From assembly GCA_965262915.1 (NCBI GenBank), contig OZ253564.1, positions 3,776,001-3,840,000 of the forward strand: DNA of 64,000 nt, read 5' to 3'. Below are positions 61,601 to 64,000 of the stretch, in pieces. A model generated the notes under the pieces. The model was not told the DNA's origin, did not search any database, and saw only the letters and a program-made list of their open reading frames with translations. The position numbers were made by a program, and so were the translations under genes. This DNA is from Candidatus Spongiisociaceae bacterium (GTDB taxonomy: Bacteria > Actinomycetota > Acidimicrobiia > Spongiisociales > Spongiisociaceae). Each line of letters opens with the position of its first letter. Within the stretch, counting starts at the first letter, position 1.

Positions 61601-62030
61601 CGATCTTGCGCGCCGCCCGGAGGCGCTGGCTGTTGCCGAGCGTGGCGACCGCATTCGGGGCATCGACGAAGCGGGCCAGCAGCCACATCCATGGCTCGGC
61701 GAGGTGATCGTCCACAACCGAGACGACGCAGCGGGTCAGGGCGGTTCCCTCCCAGGCATCCAAGGAAACGGCCAGTTCGGGCACAGCGAGGAGAACCTCC
61801 CGGACGAGCCGGCGCGGTGATGGAAACTCGACGTTGGCGCACACCCCGTCGCCGGACGTGCGGTGTCCCAGCTCCGAGGAGATCCGCTGCGTGAGCCAAC
61901 GTTCGATACCACGCGTCGGCACGGCCACCACTTCCCGAGCGAACGGATCGGCCGGGGGCGACGCCAGCATCTCGCACAACTGCCCCACCAACTCGTCGGG
62001 ATGAGACCCGACGTGGATCACCAGCGCCAC
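58632..62030 (-). CDS. recC: Exodeoxyribonuclease V subunit gamma
   Basis: DPFAREVVAVP, RQVEVLRD, LEPRDVVIM, TLVPMRSVPYRVV, EDRQLLLDA, HPLQAF. Confidence 0.95.
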   Translation of the reverse strand: MALVIHVGSHPDELVGQLCEMLASPPADPFAREVVAVPTRGIERWLTQRISSELGHRTSGDGVCANVEFPSPRRLVREVLLAVPELAVSLDAWEGTALTRCVVSVVDDHLAEPWMWLLARFVDAPNAVATLGNSQRLRAARKIARLFARYARRRPEMVRAWTEGEDLGPGGETLPGADIWQPRLWRLVRARIGAPSPAELLPEALDPIRAGSLDTGLPERVFVYGLTSADPMDLEVFEAMAAGRDVHLHLLHPSPALWRDTALLAERDRVTAGLGRDSDPTAHLPRHLLLRSWAQESRELQLVLAGRNHTGDASAGERQTAPTSLLRRLQQDIRSNTVPAESAAAPGAASDGDRSVQIHVCYGARRQVEVLRDAILHVLAADTTLEPRDVVIMTPDLDTFAPLLEAVFLGEAGIDDADPAAGALGDRTGEDALPDLRLRIADRAPAATNPLVRFAATVLDLARSRLEGGTVRELVAMPVVRQLFGYDEEAADAIAAVIEDTNVRWGLDADHRARWNAGTVGDHTWQRGLDRALAGVFYADSSVRVVDTIAPLDGVEGQEALPIGLLAQILDRIAAVRDLLGGPRPYSEWGPAIAAAVRLLAAPAWDDQWQWGQLERLLEESFPGGEAGGDDPLLDPAEARLVVDDWSRDVPSPLHFRTGDITVCTLVPMRSVPYRVVCLLGMDDARFPRSSRVDGDDLLVDSEIIGDSDRGAEDRQLLLDAVMAAGDHLIVTYSGRDELTNAVYPAAVPIAELTDVLFEMVGEAGLKSLRTDHPLQAFSETNFVGGGLGVPGPWGFDPMQFKGSLAVQHRTGGEVSRISLPAPADDIFSEIRLADLGRFLEHPAREFIRTRLGFGIPPPGEIPDDTVPTDLGPLGEWQVTDRFLAGLLQGHPIESLEAHERAGDSVPPGYLGRGGLDKARKRAVDLWTAARRVGYEPERHEQFTGAVRLGNGTIEGLVTADAGASRVDMVTPSRLKGKQRLRVFVQMLFLSALDPRRPWHGLLIGRHLYGDKLWSVTIGPLRGDHERRKQEADRLLSGLVDLYVEGLNTPVPLPCETAFIWQRKIGGDPESARKQAGKMWETDRFSPEAKDPANQFLFPDLLTMSALQRSSFPAHAKALWGPILPLLREKAV

Positions 62031-62428
62031 GGCGCCCCCGGTAGCCGGCGACGGTCCACGGGAACTGCCGACTCGTCCGATCTATTAGAACGGTGTATCC
62101 GTCTTTCCTCGCTCCCGCATTGCCGGAACGGATCGACACTCCGTATGGTCAGGTCCTCCACAGAAGCGAACATATCACCCGGCACCGACACATCGCGGTC
62201 ATCCGACGGACCTTGGGGGAAGAAGGCGCGGCCCGAGTTGCAGCCGGTTCTACTTCCGGGTGTCTCGGCGGCCGGAGCGACCTCCGGATCAACCCGAGAA
62301 GATCCGGGCGTCGGCCCGACAAGATGGAGTATGGCTAGCCCCTGCCTGGCACTATCCGTACCCGTACGGGCATCCGGTCCAGAGAACGCTCGACGATGGC
62401 ATCGGCGAGGCTAGGCCCAGGTCAATGC

Positions 62429-63130
62429 TCAAACCCGATCCCAAAGCGGATCATCCATCGGGAACACGTTGTTCACCTGTAACCAGTGCCACACACCTTG
62501 GTAGCTCGATACCGGAAGTGCTCTCGTGAGCCCAACCGCTATGTAGCAACCGTCGAGTCGTGAGCGCAGAGCACGGATATCTCTGAACGACGGCGTCACA
62601 TGATCGGCCTTCCACAACCGTATGTCCGTTACTTTCAGCGACATAAACCCCAGATCTGCGTCCCTGAATGAGAACGTGATCTCATGCTTTCCGAATCTGT
62701 TCCGGGTTGTGAGTTCCACCTCACCTGCCATTTCGAGTACACCGAGGGAACCACGCCCCTTGCCCTCCGGTACCGCTGCGGCAGTGGCGCTCAAGCTATC
62801 GAGGTCCAGACCGAAGATCTCCCGCAGATTCGGCTTTGCGACAAAGCTAAGAACCCTGAGAAACCCTTCCCTATCCAGGGTACGGACCGGCCTGACGCCC
62901 TCCCATTCGAACTCCGCGTCTTCGACTTCCGGAGGAGCCGGACGGGCCGTCGTAGAACCGAGATCCAACACTGTGCCAAGCGAGAACGGGCCACCCTCGG
63001 CGCCCAGGAGAAGACGGTGAAGTTGCTCGTACGCCAGAACCGGACGTTTATGCGCACCGCTCCTATCTACTCCGGCGACGCAGACGTATGGGGACTTCAT
63101 CCGGGTCAGATGGTTGATGGCGATTTCCAT
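62429..63130 (-). CDS. Dual OB-fold domain-like protein
   Basis: LTRM..YVCVAGVD...KRPV N-terminus; GSLG, LKVTD, VGLTR; operonic with two DUF488 genes. Confidence 0.7.
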   Translation of the reverse strand: MEIAINHLTRMKSPYVCVAGVDRSGAHKRPVLAYEQLHRLLLGAEGGPFSLGTVLDLGSTTARPAPPEVEDAEFEWEGVRPVRTLDREGFLRVLSFVAKPNLREIFGLDLDSLSATAAAVPEGKGRGSLGVLEMAGEVELTTRNRFGKHEITFSFRDADLGFMSLKVTDIRLWKADHVTPSFRDIRALRSRLDGCYIAVGLTRALPVSSYQGVWHWLQVNNVFPMDDPLWDRV

Positions 63131-63139
63131 ACCCGGCCT

Positions 63140-63577
63140 TTACAGATGAACCGGTTGTACGTTACCCCAGGCTTGGTCCAGGTACTCGACGACTAGGCGG
63201 CGATGGCAGCGTTCGGGGGTCGGCTCGCTGCAAAGCAGGACCGCTCGCCCGGCGAAAAGGTCTCTGGGGATCTCGGTCTCGACTCGACGTCCCGACATGA
63301 GATCGAAGAAGGCCACCTCATAGTCTTCCCAGGTCACGTCACCTGCCCGGTAGCACCTGAGAAGTTCCTTGGTGGGGGCAAGCAACGGCTCGTGAACGTA
63401 GTCGGCTCCGACGATCTGCCGCAGGAAGTAGGCGAGATCGTCACGTTTGGCGAAGCCGGCCAACTGGGACGTGTTGCTGACCCGCACATCCACAAGCCGC
63501 TGCATTCCCCTCGCCTTCAGCGCTTCGAAGAACGAGGCGGCGGGCTTCTTCGTGAAACCGATCGTGTAGATCTCCAT
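63140..63577 (-). CDS. DUF488 family protein
   Basis: IYTIGFTKK, LVDVR, SQLAGFAK, LLAPT, LLCSEPTPERCHR. Confidence 0.9.
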   Translation of the reverse strand: MEIYTIGFTKKPAASFFEALKARGMQRLVDVRVSNTSQLAGFAKRDDLAYFLRQIVGADYVHEPLLAPTKELLRCYRAGDVTWEDYEVAFFDLMSGRRVETEIPRDLFAGRAVLLCSEPTPERCHRRLVVEYLDQAWGNVQPVHL

Positions 63578-64000
63578 GGACTCCTCACCGACGTATCGAA
63601 CAGGGATTGCTCTTCGTGTACAGGATCCGACCAGCCCTCAAATGTAGATACCTCCTCGGTGCGTTCGGTGTTTCCGTCGCCCCGGATGTGTGTCACTTCG
63701 ACATCCTTCCTTTGGAGGACTCGTGTGACGAGGAGGAAGCGATGACACTCGGACGGGTCTTCCTCACTACACATAATGGCTACCCGAAAACGCTTCGCCC
63801 CGTCGATGAGCCTCATCAGACCGGATTCGAACAGGGGTGTCTCGGCCAGGCGTCCATAGAGGACATGGCCGTCGGGGTCGTAGAACTCGTCCCCGTCGGG
63901 CTTGCCGCCGAGTTCCTCCCCTAAGAAGATATACCGGATGCCCACCTCTCTCAACCCGAGCCGGAGGTTGTCGCGGTTGAACTGCGGATTGAACCGCGAG
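63517..64000 (-). CDS. DUF488 family protein (5' end outside window)
   Basis: SRFNPQFNR, YIFLGEELGG, IMCSEEDPSECHR, THIRGDG; frame open to the window edge. Confidence 0.88.
   Translation of the reverse strand, partial: SRFNPQFNRDNLRLGLREVGIRYIFLGEELGGKPDGDEFYDPDGHVLYGRLAETPLFESGLMRLIDGAKRFRVAIMCSEEDPSECHRFLLVTRVLQRKDVEVTHIRGDGNTERTEEVSTFEGWSDPVHEEQSLFDTSVRSPWRSTRSVSRRSPPPRSSKR

Noticed and set aside
62040-62420. Small ORFs between recC and the dual-OB gene
   Set aside because: No recognisable motifs or clear ribosome-binding sites

Overview
High-GC bacterial window with actinobacterial features (Acidimicrobiia-like, possibly a host-associated symbiont; this is inference). It has four parts. 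(1) About 1-31.6 kb is a catabolic island. It holds a LacI-controlled BMP-type ABC importer plus esterase, an SDR, a phosphotriesterase homolog, a cupin-nitrilase-cyclase operon, three xanthine-dehydrogenase-family Mo large subunits with one FAD and one 2Fe-2S subunit (plus a relic of a fourth), two amidohydrolases and an NMT1/SsuA-type ABC importer. (2) About 31.6-38 kb is a defence patch: McrBC with a duplicated B/C junction, an AAA_14-DUF4143 ATPase and VapBC. (3) About 38.2-49.2 kb is a histidine-utilisation (hut) locus lacking hutG. Translationally coupled inside it are a non-pyrrolysine MttB methyltransferase, an unknown protein, a peptide deformylase and an N-methylglutamate-dehydrogenase-like flavoprotein. 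This is the best candidate for an undescribed pathway, probably methylhistidine catabolism. (4) About 49.2-64 kb has two abutting MITEs, intact and decayed TA modules, an ankyrin-containing OpgC-like acyltransferase, recCBD and a DUF488-DUF488-dual-OB module. Both AAA_14-DUF4143 genes carry 23-bp-phased repeats just upstream. No rRNA, tRNA or CRISPR array was recognised. All family calls come from motif recognition by eye, not database searches.
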